Virus record (IMG/VR): IMGVR_UViG_3300035006_000011
Coordinates: 2,208-66,207 of that record
From: a virus
Length of the DNA stretch: 64,000 bases
Strand: one strand, 5' to 3'
The notes beneath the pieces were generated by a model. It saw only the letters and a program-made list of their open reading frames with translations, searched no databases and was not told the origin of the DNA. Numbering within the stretch: position 1 is the first letter of the stretch; each line of letters opens with the position of its first letter. The position numbers and the translations under genes are program-made. Shown piece after piece: positions 49,007 through 57,701 of this stretch.

Positions 49007-49726
49007 TTATGATCCGAGGTTTAAGGTGAGTTGGGTATGCCCGTTCTTGAAAATAAAACAAGCTTTCGGGAATAAAGCATTTTTGGGAGTTTTTAGAGCT
49101 TTGTTGACACGGCAATAATAATCCCAATCTAGGGTCACTGTTTGTCCAACTTGCTCTACATCTATGCCTCGAATGGTGCGGCTAGCAGCAATAAAAGAAT
49201 AGAAAATCGGGTTACATAACCACAACGTTGAACCATTCCACTGATAGTCTTTTCCTTCATCTAGATAATCCAGTAGTCGTCGCATTGTGGCGTAGCGGCT
49301 ACGATGCCCGGTTATTTGAACCGCTGCATCAAAACAGTAATCAAAGCGAGTTGGGTCTAGTTGTGGGTTAACTTGAGGATTAAGACTGCGCTCTAAGCTA
49401 GCGCGGATTTGTTGTTTTGCTGCCTCAAAGTCAGCTATCAAATCGGCTTTTTTTTCCGCGACTTTCCCAATGTTTCGAGATAAAGCAAGTAATAAATTGC
49501 ATTGCGGCTCAGTCAACAATGCATATTTCTCCGGCATCCCTACCTTTCCCGATAGTGAGGTTTCAAACCTCACTATTCCAAACCTGCTTTCTATAAGGGG
49601 TTGGTATTTCTTAAGCGTATCGCTGAACCAAAACCGATGTTCTACCTCGATAATATCCCTACAATAAACTCGGCTGTCAATTAAAGCAACGTCGCTTTCT
49701 ACTTGAACATACTGTAATATTGTCAT
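49007..49726 (-). CDS. Rha-family regulatory protein with AntA-like second domain
   Basis: IDSRVYCRDII, YALLTEPQCNLL...KKADLIADFEAAK; AGGAG RBS before MTILQ; ends QLTLNLGS. Confidence 0.75.
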   Translation of the reverse strand: MTILQYVQVESDVALIDSRVYCRDIIEVEHRFWFSDTLKKYQPLIESRFGIVRFETSLSGKVGMPEKYALLTEPQCNLLLALSRNIGKVAEKKADLIADFEAAKQQIRASLERSLNPQVNPQLDPTRFDYCFDAAVQITGHRSRYATMRRLLDYLDEGKDYQWNGSTLWLCNPIFYSFIAASRTIRGIDVEQVGQTVTLDWDYYCRVNKALKTPKNALFPKACFIFKNGHTQLTLNLGS

Positions 49727-49924
49727 TGTGCAAACTCCTAGATTGTTTGTACTGGCGATACCAAAGGTCGCCAAAGGCATCGCAGTGGTAATGACACTGC
49801 GATCGCCTTTCAATTTTGACCTAACTAATTAATCGTTGAGCATAGTGTTCAACTTGCTGCCAATTAGCAAAATCGTCTTGGCAGTTGCAATTGCACATTG
49901 CTTCTTGGGGTAATTGGATGATTG

Positions 49925-50176
49925 CTATTGACTTTGAATTTCAACAGTGACTATTGGATTAATCGAAATTCTTCCTTCTAAATCTTTGCGAGCTGCTAGC
50001 CCTTTATCACCTAAGACGTAAACTTTATTATCTGGCAGCGCTTCACGCAATTCTTTTTTGGCATCTAACAACTTAAATTCCGCAAGTTTGATTTTCTGTT
50101 CTAACAGCGATCGCTCTTCCATTAGTTCATCTAAACTTGATTTTGCTTCAACAACGTTCAAGATTGCTTCTCTCAT
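49925..50176 (-). CDS. Hypothetical coiled-coil protein
   Basis: Start MREAIL assumed. Confidence 0.5.
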   Translation of the reverse strand: MREAILNVVEAKSSLDELMEERSLLEQKIKLAEFKLLDAKKELREALPDNKVYVLGDKGLAARKDLEGRISINPIVTVEIQSQ

Positions 50177-50244
50177 TTTATTTAGACTCCTTTTTTGTTT
50201 TCTGAGTAAAGCGGATTTAAGGCAGTCGCACCCAGCCAAAAAAT

Positions 50245-50697
50245 TTACAAGCTAACGGCTAATGCCTTCACATATAAATCATTAACCGCTGTTTCCGTTA
50301 ATCGCCCAGCAAGTTGGCGAGAACCATAGCTAGGAAGAATTGACCAATAATCTGAATGCTGTCCAGGCGCTATCATCTGACCAATATACTGATTGCCACA
50401 GCAAATATAGAACCCTTCATCGCCTTCTGTATATAACATTACTCGCAAACCGCGCTTGGCACATTCAACACGAAGCTCTAATTCTTGTTTCTTGGCTGCA
50501 ACCCGATCGCGAAACCACTCTCTACCAAACCAAAAAGACTGCCTGAATTCACCATTCCAAATAACATGAACATCATCACCTTCTACCACACACCCAACTA
50601 CGTCGCTAGCTTCTAATTTAATAGTCAATGCATCGTTAACGATTGCTGCAATGATTTCGCGTTGTTCAAGTGTCCAAGGGTTTTTTGTTGCTAACAT
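50245..50697 (-). CDS. Hypothetical protein
   Basis: Start MLATK assumed. Confidence 0.5.
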   Translation of the reverse strand: MLATKNPWTLEQREIIAAIVNDALTIKLEASDVVGCVVEGDDVHVIWNGEFRQSFWFGREWFRDRVAAKKQELELRVECAKRGLRVMLYTEGDEGFYICCGNQYIGQMIAPGQHSDYWSILPSYGSRQLAGRLTETAVNDLYVKALAVSL

Positions 50698-51056
50698 TGT
50701 ATTGTCCTTACTAATGACTCTGTTTGGATAATGCGATCGCTTACTTCTTGGCTGGAGGGCGATCGCTTTTAATTTGGGGATAACCCAGAGGTATTGCAGG
50801 GATTGCACCTGCCAAACCGCTAACCGGATACCACGAATTTTTCTAAGCTGTAAAATTCTAAATCTGCTAAGAGGGTCAATTTATAAAGCGGGAACGTCTC
50901 TTTAACCTGCCGCCTCGGATATTGTTTATTCACCTTCCCGAATTCTGGTGATTGCCGCAACTCGGTTTCCCTCATCGCTCATACAAATATAGTAGCGGGT
51001 ATACTCGCTTGTGTCAATACATTTGCTAAAAATATTTTAGAAACACAAATAAAAAA

Positions 51057-51083
51057 GACGGATAACAATGATTGTCATCCGTC
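51057..51083. terminator. GACGGATA-N11-CATCCGTC palindrome (copy 9)
   Basis: A6 and T6 tracts; additional CCGTCTTT half-site at ~51101. Confidence 0.78.
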
Positions 51084-51087
51084 TTTT

Positions 51088-51264
51088 TTATTTTATTAGC
51101 CCGTCTTTCTTTATCTTGTCGATTACTGCTTGGCGTAACCAGTCTGATTTATCGGGAAGCGATCGCAACACGGAGTCATAAGGCTCACCGATCTTAAAAC
51201 TGTGAGGTGTAAGCTTGCGAGGTAAGTTTTTATCTCCGGTGAATTCGTGGTCTTTGAACGGCAT
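51088..51264 (-). CDS. Small RHH-like protein (58 aa, not in track)
   Basis: MPFKDHEF...SFKIGEPYDSVLRSLPDKSDWLRQAVIDKIKKDGLIK. Confidence 0.6.
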   Translation of the reverse strand: MPFKDHEFTGDKNLPRKLTPHSFKIGEPYDSVLRSLPDKSDWLRQAVIDKIKKDGLIK

Positions 51265-51294
51265 ATGTCCTCGGCAGTCGGTATACTCGCTATT

Positions 51295-51696
51295 CTACCT
51301 CTGTTTCCCGCTTGATGTTGAAATGTTTAGTAGGTTGTACCCCAGTACTAGGCGATCGTGAAACTCTGGAGTGTTTTTGTTGTTCCAGTGGCTTCTACTA
51401 CAAACCATGTAGTTTTTAGGAAGATGTGCAATATCATGACACGGCTTACAAAGCGGAAAGCCGTTTAAACCAGCCTTTGTGATACCTGGCTTAATGTAGT
51501 AGCTGTGATGTATTTCCTCGCTAGAGTTCTTCAGGCAAAGGCAACACGTTTGTTTTGTAGTTCGATGGGCTTGAGCGCATATCTTTATATATACAGCGAG
51601 CTTTCCGTAGCGAGCATTAAAATTGGGCTTGCGCTTGCTTTGGTGACGCTTGTTGTACTTGTTCGCTGGTCTTGCCGTTGCGGTAGATGTCTCCAT
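51295..51696 (-). CDS. HNH endonuclease
   Basis: CCLC...EIHH...FPLCKPCHDIAH. Confidence 0.8.
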   Translation of the reverse strand: METSTATARPANKYNKRHQSKRKPNFNARYGKLAVYIKICAQAHRTTKQTCCLCLKNSSEEIHHSYYIKPGITKAGLNGFPLCKPCHDIAHLPKNYMVCSRSHWNNKNTPEFHDRLVLGYNLLNISTSSGKQR

Positions 51697-51699
51697 GAT

Positions 51700-52170
51700 T
51701 TAATTCCTCTTGACTTTTTCGCAAGCTGCCCCACCACCGTGGAAAACACAATTGTTGTACTTTGGATTATAGGGATTGTTCGCTACCCAACCTAGGGATA
51801 GGAAAAGTATGCAACCGGAAAGAAAAACAAAAAATGAAAAACCGCCGTAACCGCTCGGCAAGTAATTGAAAGTTGGGCTGTTGATTCGCGATTTCGCTGC
51901 TTTTTTCATTGAAGCGATCGCCACCCCAACACTATCGCCAGGAAAATGAAACCATTCGTTGTGGTAATGATAGCGTTTGCAATCTTGATGTATTGCGGTT
52001 TCTGAAGAGTGTACGTCACTGACTTTGACAGAGTACTTTAAAAGCAGAGGGAAGGGCGATTGCTTGCCATTTAATTCTTTGAGCCTTGCTTCTGGGGTAC
52101 GAGTCGTTAACCCAATCTTGTATCGATCTGTTCCCTGTGCGTTGATTAAATAGATGTAGCCGGATTGCAT
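51700..52170 (-). CDS. GIY-YIG / T5orf172-like nuclease with C-terminal TM helix
   Basis: GYIYLI...YKIGLT...RLKEL...NEWF; hydrophobic FFVFLSGCILFLSLGW. Confidence 0.8.
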   Translation of the reverse strand: MQSGYIYLINAQGTDRYKIGLTTRTPEARLKELNGKQSPFPLLLKYSVKVSDVHSSETAIHQDCKRYHYHNEWFHFPGDSVGVAIASMKKAAKSRINSPTFNYLPSGYGGFSFFVFLSGCILFLSLGWVANNPYNPKYNNCVFHGGGAACEKVKRN

Positions 52171-52195
52171 GATTGCTCCTAGTTGAATTGGACAG

Positions 52196-52240
52196 AGCGC
52201 ATTCGGGAATTGAACCCGGATGTAGCCTTTAACTTGCGCT
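52196..52240 (-). ncRNA. tRNA-like minihelix (acceptor stem + T-arm, no D or anticodon arm)
   Basis: AGCGCA...CCGGG-TTCAATT-CCCGA-ATGCGCT on minus strand. Confidence 0.4.
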
Positions 52241-53621
52241 AGAGAGAAAACTTGCTAATGATATCGTTATCGCCGTTTTCCATAGCTTTCGCTTTAATTC
52301 CCGCAATAACTTCGTTTAGTCGATTGTTTGGCACGTCTGGGTACAAGTTTTTGAGGAACTCAACTATATCGGTTGTGGAAGTTTTTCTTAATTCGAGTGC
52401 GATCGCCCCCCAAGTCCAATCGCTATTTTCATGCCGCTCACTTTGATGTGTGTCTTTGATTTCTTGTGGTGTAGGTGTGGGTGCAATCGCAGTGGTCTTG
52501 GTGAATTTGTCGCGGTCGTATCCCGAATAGTTCGGCAATTCGGGCATTGGCAACCATTCACCAACATTGGGAGAGTAAAAGCATCTTTCTCTAGGGGAAG
52601 TTTTACAAGCCAGCCGCAACACCTCAGTTTTAATTTTGCCAAGCGTCCCGTACTTACCCCAACTATTCACGGCGTTGTCAATGTTCTTACGATGACAAAC
52701 TGCAAACGTGGGGAATTGTCCTCTTGCGTTAGAATCAATTCCCAGATTTGCAAGGTTAGTCACTTGAGCCATCATCCAGAGGTTGCGCTTGTCAGCGTTG
52801 CCCGTGGTCACTAGTTTGCTGATTTTCTCAGCCAAATAGTTGTCTTTTGTTCGGCTGAATGCGTCACCCACTAAAGTGCTTTCTGTGATTACCAGAAGCC
52901 AGGTGTCACTTTGAATTGAAAGGAATTGCTCAAAAGCTTTTTTGAAATTATCAACAACTTCAGCGTCGCTCATGCTCCCAGATTTAAAAGCCTGGTATAC
53001 GTCCGCAACGCCTTCATAATAGGTTTTTTCGTGGTCGGTTCCTTTGGGGTCAACGACATAAACCCGCACCCCTCCAGTTTTCTTGATATCGCGCAACGTG
53101 TTTGACACCCACATATCCTTACCATCGCCCGATCGCCCTAATATCAAACAACTTGCCCGTGAATAGAGACTGAGTTGTTCAATCGGATTAACTTGCTTAA
53201 AGTCACTCTCAAGTACCATCTGATAAGCAGCTTCTTTTACGTCCTTGGACACATTAACAAGTTTTTCTCCTGCCTCTACAACTGTTCTCATCTCTAAGGT
53301 GTAGTTATCTTCCCCGATGATTTGTTTATAGCTTTTCATTTGGTCAGCATTCATATAGGCGACTGGGGAAACTTCGCCAGTTAGAACCTTCATGCGATCG
53401 CTCCCCCGTTGCCTAGAACCCAGGATTGAAGTACCAACCGTGCCAGCTAGCAGAAATGCGCCTGCGATCGGGTTAATCAATACTGCAGCGACAATGCCAC
53501 CAAGTACCCCACCAAGTAAAATCAGTTCGGAATTGCTTTGCTCCATGCCTTCGAGTACTTCGTAGACTAGCTGGTTTTTTTCTTCGTTTTCTGCCTGTGG
53601 TTCGTTGTTTTCGTTAATCAT
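52239..53621 (-). CDS. Membrane-anchored P-loop ATPase (VirD4/FtsK/HerA-like)
   Basis: N-terminal TM hairpin; LILGRSGDGKD Walker A; VYVVDPKG; LLVITES Walker B; WMMAQ. Confidence 0.75.
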   Translation of the reverse strand: MINENNEPQAENEEKNQLVYEVLEGMEQSNSELILLGGVLGGIVAAVLINPIAGAFLLAGTVGTSILGSRQRGSDRMKVLTGEVSPVAYMNADQMKSYKQIIGEDNYTLEMRTVVEAGEKLVNVSKDVKEAAYQMVLESDFKQVNPIEQLSLYSRASCLILGRSGDGKDMWVSNTLRDIKKTGGVRVYVVDPKGTDHEKTYYEGVADVYQAFKSGSMSDAEVVDNFKKAFEQFLSIQSDTWLLVITESTLVGDAFSRTKDNYLAEKISKLVTTGNADKRNLWMMAQVTNLANLGIDSNARGQFPTFAVCHRKNIDNAVNSWGKYGTLGKIKTEVLRLACKTSPRERCFYSPNVGEWLPMPELPNYSGYDRDKFTKTTAIAPTPTPQEIKDTHQSERHENSDWTWGAIALELRKTSTTDIVEFLKNLYPDVPNNRLNEVIAGIKAKAMENGDNDIISKFSL

Positions 53622-53697
53622 AAAAAAATAATGTGTTGTTGCAATTGGTAGTGGTGGAGTTGAACCACCGAAAAGCCTCGAACTTCCTACCAGTTAA

Positions 53698-54354
53698 TTA
53701 CGGATTTGATTCGCCGGATCTAACAGACTTGGCGGCTTTGAACATTTCCCAAAGTGCGAGGAATATTTCTAAAGCCCATTCGACACCTTTTACTGTCAGA
53801 AAGAACTTTGCAATGTTTCCGTAGTCGAGTTGGTCGAATTTGCCCGCGTAGATAATTCCGAAAATATCGGCCCAGTTACCAGACTTGACAAAGGGGTAGT
53901 ACATATAACAGACGATGGAGTCGATAACGTATGCTATATTTTTGACTGTTTCTAGATGTGCATAAGCCCATATAAGCCCTTGCGACGCGACTTTTTTAAG
54001 GCCCTTTACTACTTTTGAGTCTCCGTTACGAGGTTGGTAGTTGCTTGAGTTGTTAACCCCATTTAGTAATTTTTGAATTAGTTGTCTATCCGTTTTAATG
54101 ATGCGGGGAAATAGTTCAAAGGACTGAACCACTGAATAAGTTATTACCCCTAGCAGCCAGTAAATCCCCACGTTCAACCATCGAGCGACTCCCGAAAATA
54201 GATTCTCAGCTGGTGCAAAAAGTGAGCCAGCCCAATTTTGCATTAATGCGGTATAAGGAGCGACGTTGTTTACCACCAATAGAAACAACAATGTTCCGAC
54301 CCCTGCAATCATAAGGAAAATTACTGGTCGTGTAGGTTTAAAGCTTAGTTTCAC
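53698..54354 (-). CDS. Multi-pass membrane protein
   Basis: Several hydrophobic segments. Confidence 0.75.
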   Translation of the reverse strand: MKLSFKPTRPVIFLMIAGVGTLLFLLVVNNVAPYTALMQNWAGSLFAPAENLFSGVARWLNVGIYWLLGVITYSVVQSFELFPRIIKTDRQLIQKLLNGVNNSSNYQPRNGDSKVVKGLKKVASQGLIWAYAHLETVKNIAYVIDSIVCYMYYPFVKSGNWADIFGIIYAGKFDQLDYGNIAKFFLTVKGVEWALEIFLALWEMFKAAKSVRSGESNP

Positions 54355-54417
54355 TTGAGATATCCTTGTTTGTAAGTTAAGTTTTTTTTGATGGGCGTAC
54401 CAGTTGGTACGCCTGTT

Positions 54418-54885
54418 TTATTTGGCAACGGGTTGTGAGTAAACACCACCCCGATATCGCTTGATACGAACCGCGATAGTCGCTCTGCTTCCTGTAAAAG
54501 CGATCGTTTTGGCATCCGGTTTGCCATCATCACCCAAAAGTGCTGTGTTCCCGTAGGCATCGCAAATGACAGAATTTTTCGGCAGTCCCACGCCAGTGTG
54601 CCTGTCAACCACCTCTGTATTTTTGTCGATACTTGGAAACGTAAAGCCAGACTCGCTGGAACCTCTAGCAAGTAGTTCGCAACTGGAATAACGGGCGATC
54701 GCAATTTTGTCTTGCGCTAGTCGAATGGTTTCAGAGTTTTCTACATCGCTCAGTACCTCCCGCTGACGGCTGTACTGCTCCCTGGCCTTGTTCATACCAG
54801 AGAATTGATTTCCCCCCATTGTCATGCTGCCGATTGTCCCCAACAAGGAAATTCCCACCATAATTGTTTTTTGGTCAAATTGCAT
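54418..54885 (-). CDS. Membrane-anchored/secreted protein
   Basis: N-terminal hydrophobic helix, coiled coil, two Cys. Confidence 0.7.
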   Translation of the reverse strand: MQFDQKTIMVGISLLGTIGSMTMGGNQFSGMNKAREQYSRQREVLSDVENSETIRLAQDKIAIARYSSCELLARGSSESGFTFPSIDKNTEVVDRHTGVGLPKNSVICDAYGNTALLGDDGKPDAKTIAFTGSRATIAVRIKRYRGGVYSQPVAK

Positions 54886-55485
54886 CTACTTTTCCTCCAG
54901 TAAGAAATCCCAAGGATTTTTATTTGTTTCAGTTTTTGGCTCAATTAACCAAGCCCAAGGCTCATCAGTCAGCTTGTCGTTAGCATCTGCCATCAACGAG
55001 TCAAAGCTCTTTTCTTCCGGCTTAACTATCCGGCTGTCGATGATTTTGTCAGCATTCATTTTGATAGCTTTGCTTTTGAGAATTGCTTCGATACTCGCAT
55101 TGATGAAGTCGTCAGCCTGTGTTATTTCCGCACCTTTGATTGTTTCAATAAACGCTTCATCTCTGAGACTGAGAAGTGCTTCGGCATCAGCCACTCCCCT
55201 CAAGATTGCAGCGTCAATCATCTGCTTTTGTTTCTCGATGCTTAAACTTTGAGCTTCGATTTTTTGAGGTGACTTGTCAATTTCACCTTTCTTTCTTTTA
55301 GCGATCGCACCTTTTGGTTTAGGTAAAGATTTTTGTGTCTCGCCTTTCAGAAGCGACCTAATTTGATTAACGTCGCTATCGTCAAATTGTTGCTTTTCAG
55401 AAAACAAGCTACTGATTGCGTTTTGAATCGCTTGTTCAGAATATTCGTCACCTAAAATTTCTACCAAGTCGTTAAAGTTCAACAT
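54886..55485 (-). CDS. Helical hypothetical protein
   Basis: Coupled within the 55887->52239 operon. Confidence 0.65.
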   Translation of the reverse strand: MLNFNDLVEILGDEYSEQAIQNAISSLFSEKQQFDDSDVNQIRSLLKGETQKSLPKPKGAIAKRKKGEIDKSPQKIEAQSLSIEKQKQMIDAAILRGVADAEALLSLRDEAFIETIKGAEITQADDFINASIEAILKSKAIKMNADKIIDSRIVKPEEKSFDSLMADANDKLTDEPWAWLIEPKTETNKNPWDFLLEEK

Positions 55486-55488
55486 AAT

Positions 55489-55887
55489 CTAACCCTCGCT
55501 TTGTTTGTAATTGTTAGCCCAAGTTTCGTAAGCTTCTCGGCTTAACACGTCTGTACTAAAAGTCTTGAATTCTTCGAGTATCAACTCTAACGGTTTATTT
55601 TGACTCATTCGCCTATAAGCGATCGCACTCAAAACCAAGCGCCTGTAGCCATCAAGTAAAGGTGGCTTTTTGGGAAGAGTTATAGACCCATTGCTGTAAT
55701 AGTAATAGCGGAGTCGCGCTATTTTATTTACTATTCCTCCCTCCCATCGCCCAAGCGTGCGCCTGTTTATTCCTAACAGATTGGCGAACGTGGTTTTGTC
55801 CATCAAATTTTTTGTACAAAATGTCGCAATTGCATCCTGTTTCCTACATGAATCCGCGACATCCGTCGCTAGTAAAAATGTACTCAT
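55489..55887 (-). CDS. HTH DNA-binding protein
   Basis: KTTFANLLGINRRTLGRWE. Confidence 0.7.
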   Translation of the reverse strand: MSTFLLATDVADSCRKQDAIATFCTKNLMDKTTFANLLGINRRTLGRWEGGIVNKIARLRYYYYSNGSITLPKKPPLLDGYRRLVLSAIAYRRMSQNKPLELILEEFKTFSTDVLSREAYETWANNYKQSEG

Positions 55888-55998
55888 ACGTAGAACTTTT
55901 TCAGAATAAATGTGAGTGTTTGAGAAAAAATATAAATGTAGGACAACGACGTAGAGCGTGTTCTACATTTATATTTTTTGATGCGCTCATTTTTTGAG

Positions 55999-56120
55999 AA
56001 CTGCGACAATCTAAATGTCGCAGTTGCAAAGTTCATGTAACGAATGTCGCAGTCAACGAAAGAATAAGGGTTTCAGCGGTGAGTCGCAGTTGGTAAAAAC
56101 CGTGTCGCAACGTGTCGCAG
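55999..56120. repeat. Cluster of TGTCGCAG repeats
   Basis: IR AACTGCGACA-7-TGTCGCAGTT at 55999-56025 plus direct copies at ~56045, 56083, 56103, 56113. Confidence 0.85.
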
Positions 56121-56169
56121 TTTCTAAATTTTAATAGCTAAAAACCTCAATCTTTTGATTTTAAATTGA

Positions 56170-56388
56170 CTACTGTTGTTTCATTAAACCGTTAATACTG
56201 TTAAGCTTTTGTCCAACAACTGCCAAAGTTTCTATTATCAAAACATCGCTATCATGGTTAGCGTTTTCTATCGTGGCTATGTAGTTGAGCAGGGCGATTG
56301 CATCATTAGTGGTCTCGTTTAATTTTTCGTAAATCGTTGCGTAGTCCCATGCAGGGTCGAAGTTCGGCAGTTCGTTTTGTTGTGGCAT
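56170..56388 (-). CDS. Small hypothetical protein
   Basis: Start MPQQNE after GGAG RBS. Confidence 0.55.
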   Translation of the reverse strand: MPQQNELPNFDPAWDYATIYEKLNETTNDAIALLNYIATIENANHDSDVLIIETLAVVGQKLNSINGLMKQQ

Positions 56389-56882
56389 TTTATATTCTCC
56401 AGTAATCAAGGTGCAAATGATGTGCAATATCAATAGGGAGTTTGAGGTTACCATCTTCAGTTTCAACAATAACCATTCGCTCTGTGTTCCGCAATCGCCA
56501 CTTTTTAACAGATGCAATTGCGATGTTTGATTTAAGTTTCGGATAAATGCACATAAATCAAAACTAATATTAAAGCAAGAATTGCAAACATTCCCATAAC
56601 CGTTACCTCCTTTATCCACCACTTCCTGAACCGTCAACGCAATCATTGGTAGTCGAATTTTCTCCAACTTTGCACCACCGATAAGCGTTAGCCGGATGTG
56701 CGTAAATCAAAAACAATACCAAAAGTGCGATTACTCTCATGCCTAACTCCTAAAAACAAACAATAATGTTGTGTATCTTGCGTATCGAGCGTAAGCCCTG
56801 TTTCTTACTTCGTCGCTGTCGTTTGGGTTAATTCCTAAAGCAACGTTGTACTCGTGGGTCGCTAATTGTTTAATTAGCTTTT

Positions 56883-57080
56883 TCATAATTTAATCCCCGT
56901 AACTGAGTCGGCTTCTAATTGATAGTTGTTGTTATCGATAAACCATTTGTCGTCCGACGGTCTGCACGGCTCAGAAGGAACCGCAATTCCACTAACTAAA
57001 TCAAGAACAATTTGTTTACTCTCTTGTTCTGAAAGACTTGCCCAATACTGCTCATCTTTGCAATCAACTTTGTACGACAT
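56883..57080 (-). CDS. Small acidic hypothetical protein
   Basis: 65-aa ORF. Confidence 0.45.
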   Translation of the reverse strand: MSYKVDCKDEQYWASLSEQESKQIVLDLVSGIAVPSEPCRPSDDKWFIDNNNYQLEADSVTGIKL

Positions 57081-57174
57081 CTTTTTTTACCCCGGAATAT
57101 TGATACCGGGTAGGCGATCGCCCAAGCATCGAACTTGGTTGATGTCCAATCAGCGATCGCGTAGCAGACTAGAA

Positions 57175-57323
57175 TTAAAAACCGTTTTCTTTTTGCTTCT
57201 CGTTAATCGCCTTAGCTATTTCTCTCTGAGAAGCACCGCTGTCTTGCTTTTCTCTGATTTCGTTAGATTGACTGTCTGTCAAACCGTAACGCTGTCTTTT
57301 GCCTTATCGTAATTACGAGCCAT
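57175..57323 (-). pseudogene. Small HTH-like gene with 1-nt deletion
   Basis: Adding one A at GCA AAA GAC gives MARNYDKAKRQRYGL...GASQREIAKAINE. Confidence 0.4.
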
Positions 57324-57561
57324 GTTTACCTTGTGTTTTTGGATTACTGTATCGAAAAAGCGATGTCTCCGACGACTTGTCGGTTCGCTCAGAATTGAAC
57401 TGAGCCAAGTTGACCACAAAATCGCGTAAAGCAGTAAAGGGCATCACAAAGAGCGAACCTTTTTTCAGCGACTGCGATCGCTGCTTGGTTTTCGTTAGTT
57501 CTGCCAAGAAACTAATTATTTAGATAATTGCAGGTTCTGCGATGTTGAATGTGTTTCTCAT
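57313..57561 (-). pseudogene. Small gene with in-frame TAA
   Basis: ATG at 57561, TAA at 57522-57520, in frame with track ORF 57313..57507. Confidence 0.35.
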
Positions 57562-57572
57562 TCATGTACACA

Positions 57573-57601
57573 AGTTTACCCCCTATCAGAGGGTAAGTCA
57601 A
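57573..57601 (-). promoter_or_regulatory. Leftward promoter with palindromic operator
   Basis: TTGACT-17-TAAACT; spacer contains TTACCCTCTGATAGGGGGTAA imperfect palindrome. Confidence 0.6.
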
Positions 57602-57701
57602 TATCTATCTGCCTATGGTTTTTATTGAAAGTTGCGGCAATATTCTATGGTTTAGTCGCCATAGAGTGAAATATGCTAGTTTTACTGGCGCTGCGGGAAT
57701 A

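Noticed and set aside
50820-50985. Possible degenerate RHH gene downstream of the 51017 promoter
   Set aside because: Several in-frame stops and only weak similarity; not supportable as a feature
52196-52240. Complete tRNA gene
   Set aside because: No D arm or anticodon arm; kept only as a tRNA-like finding
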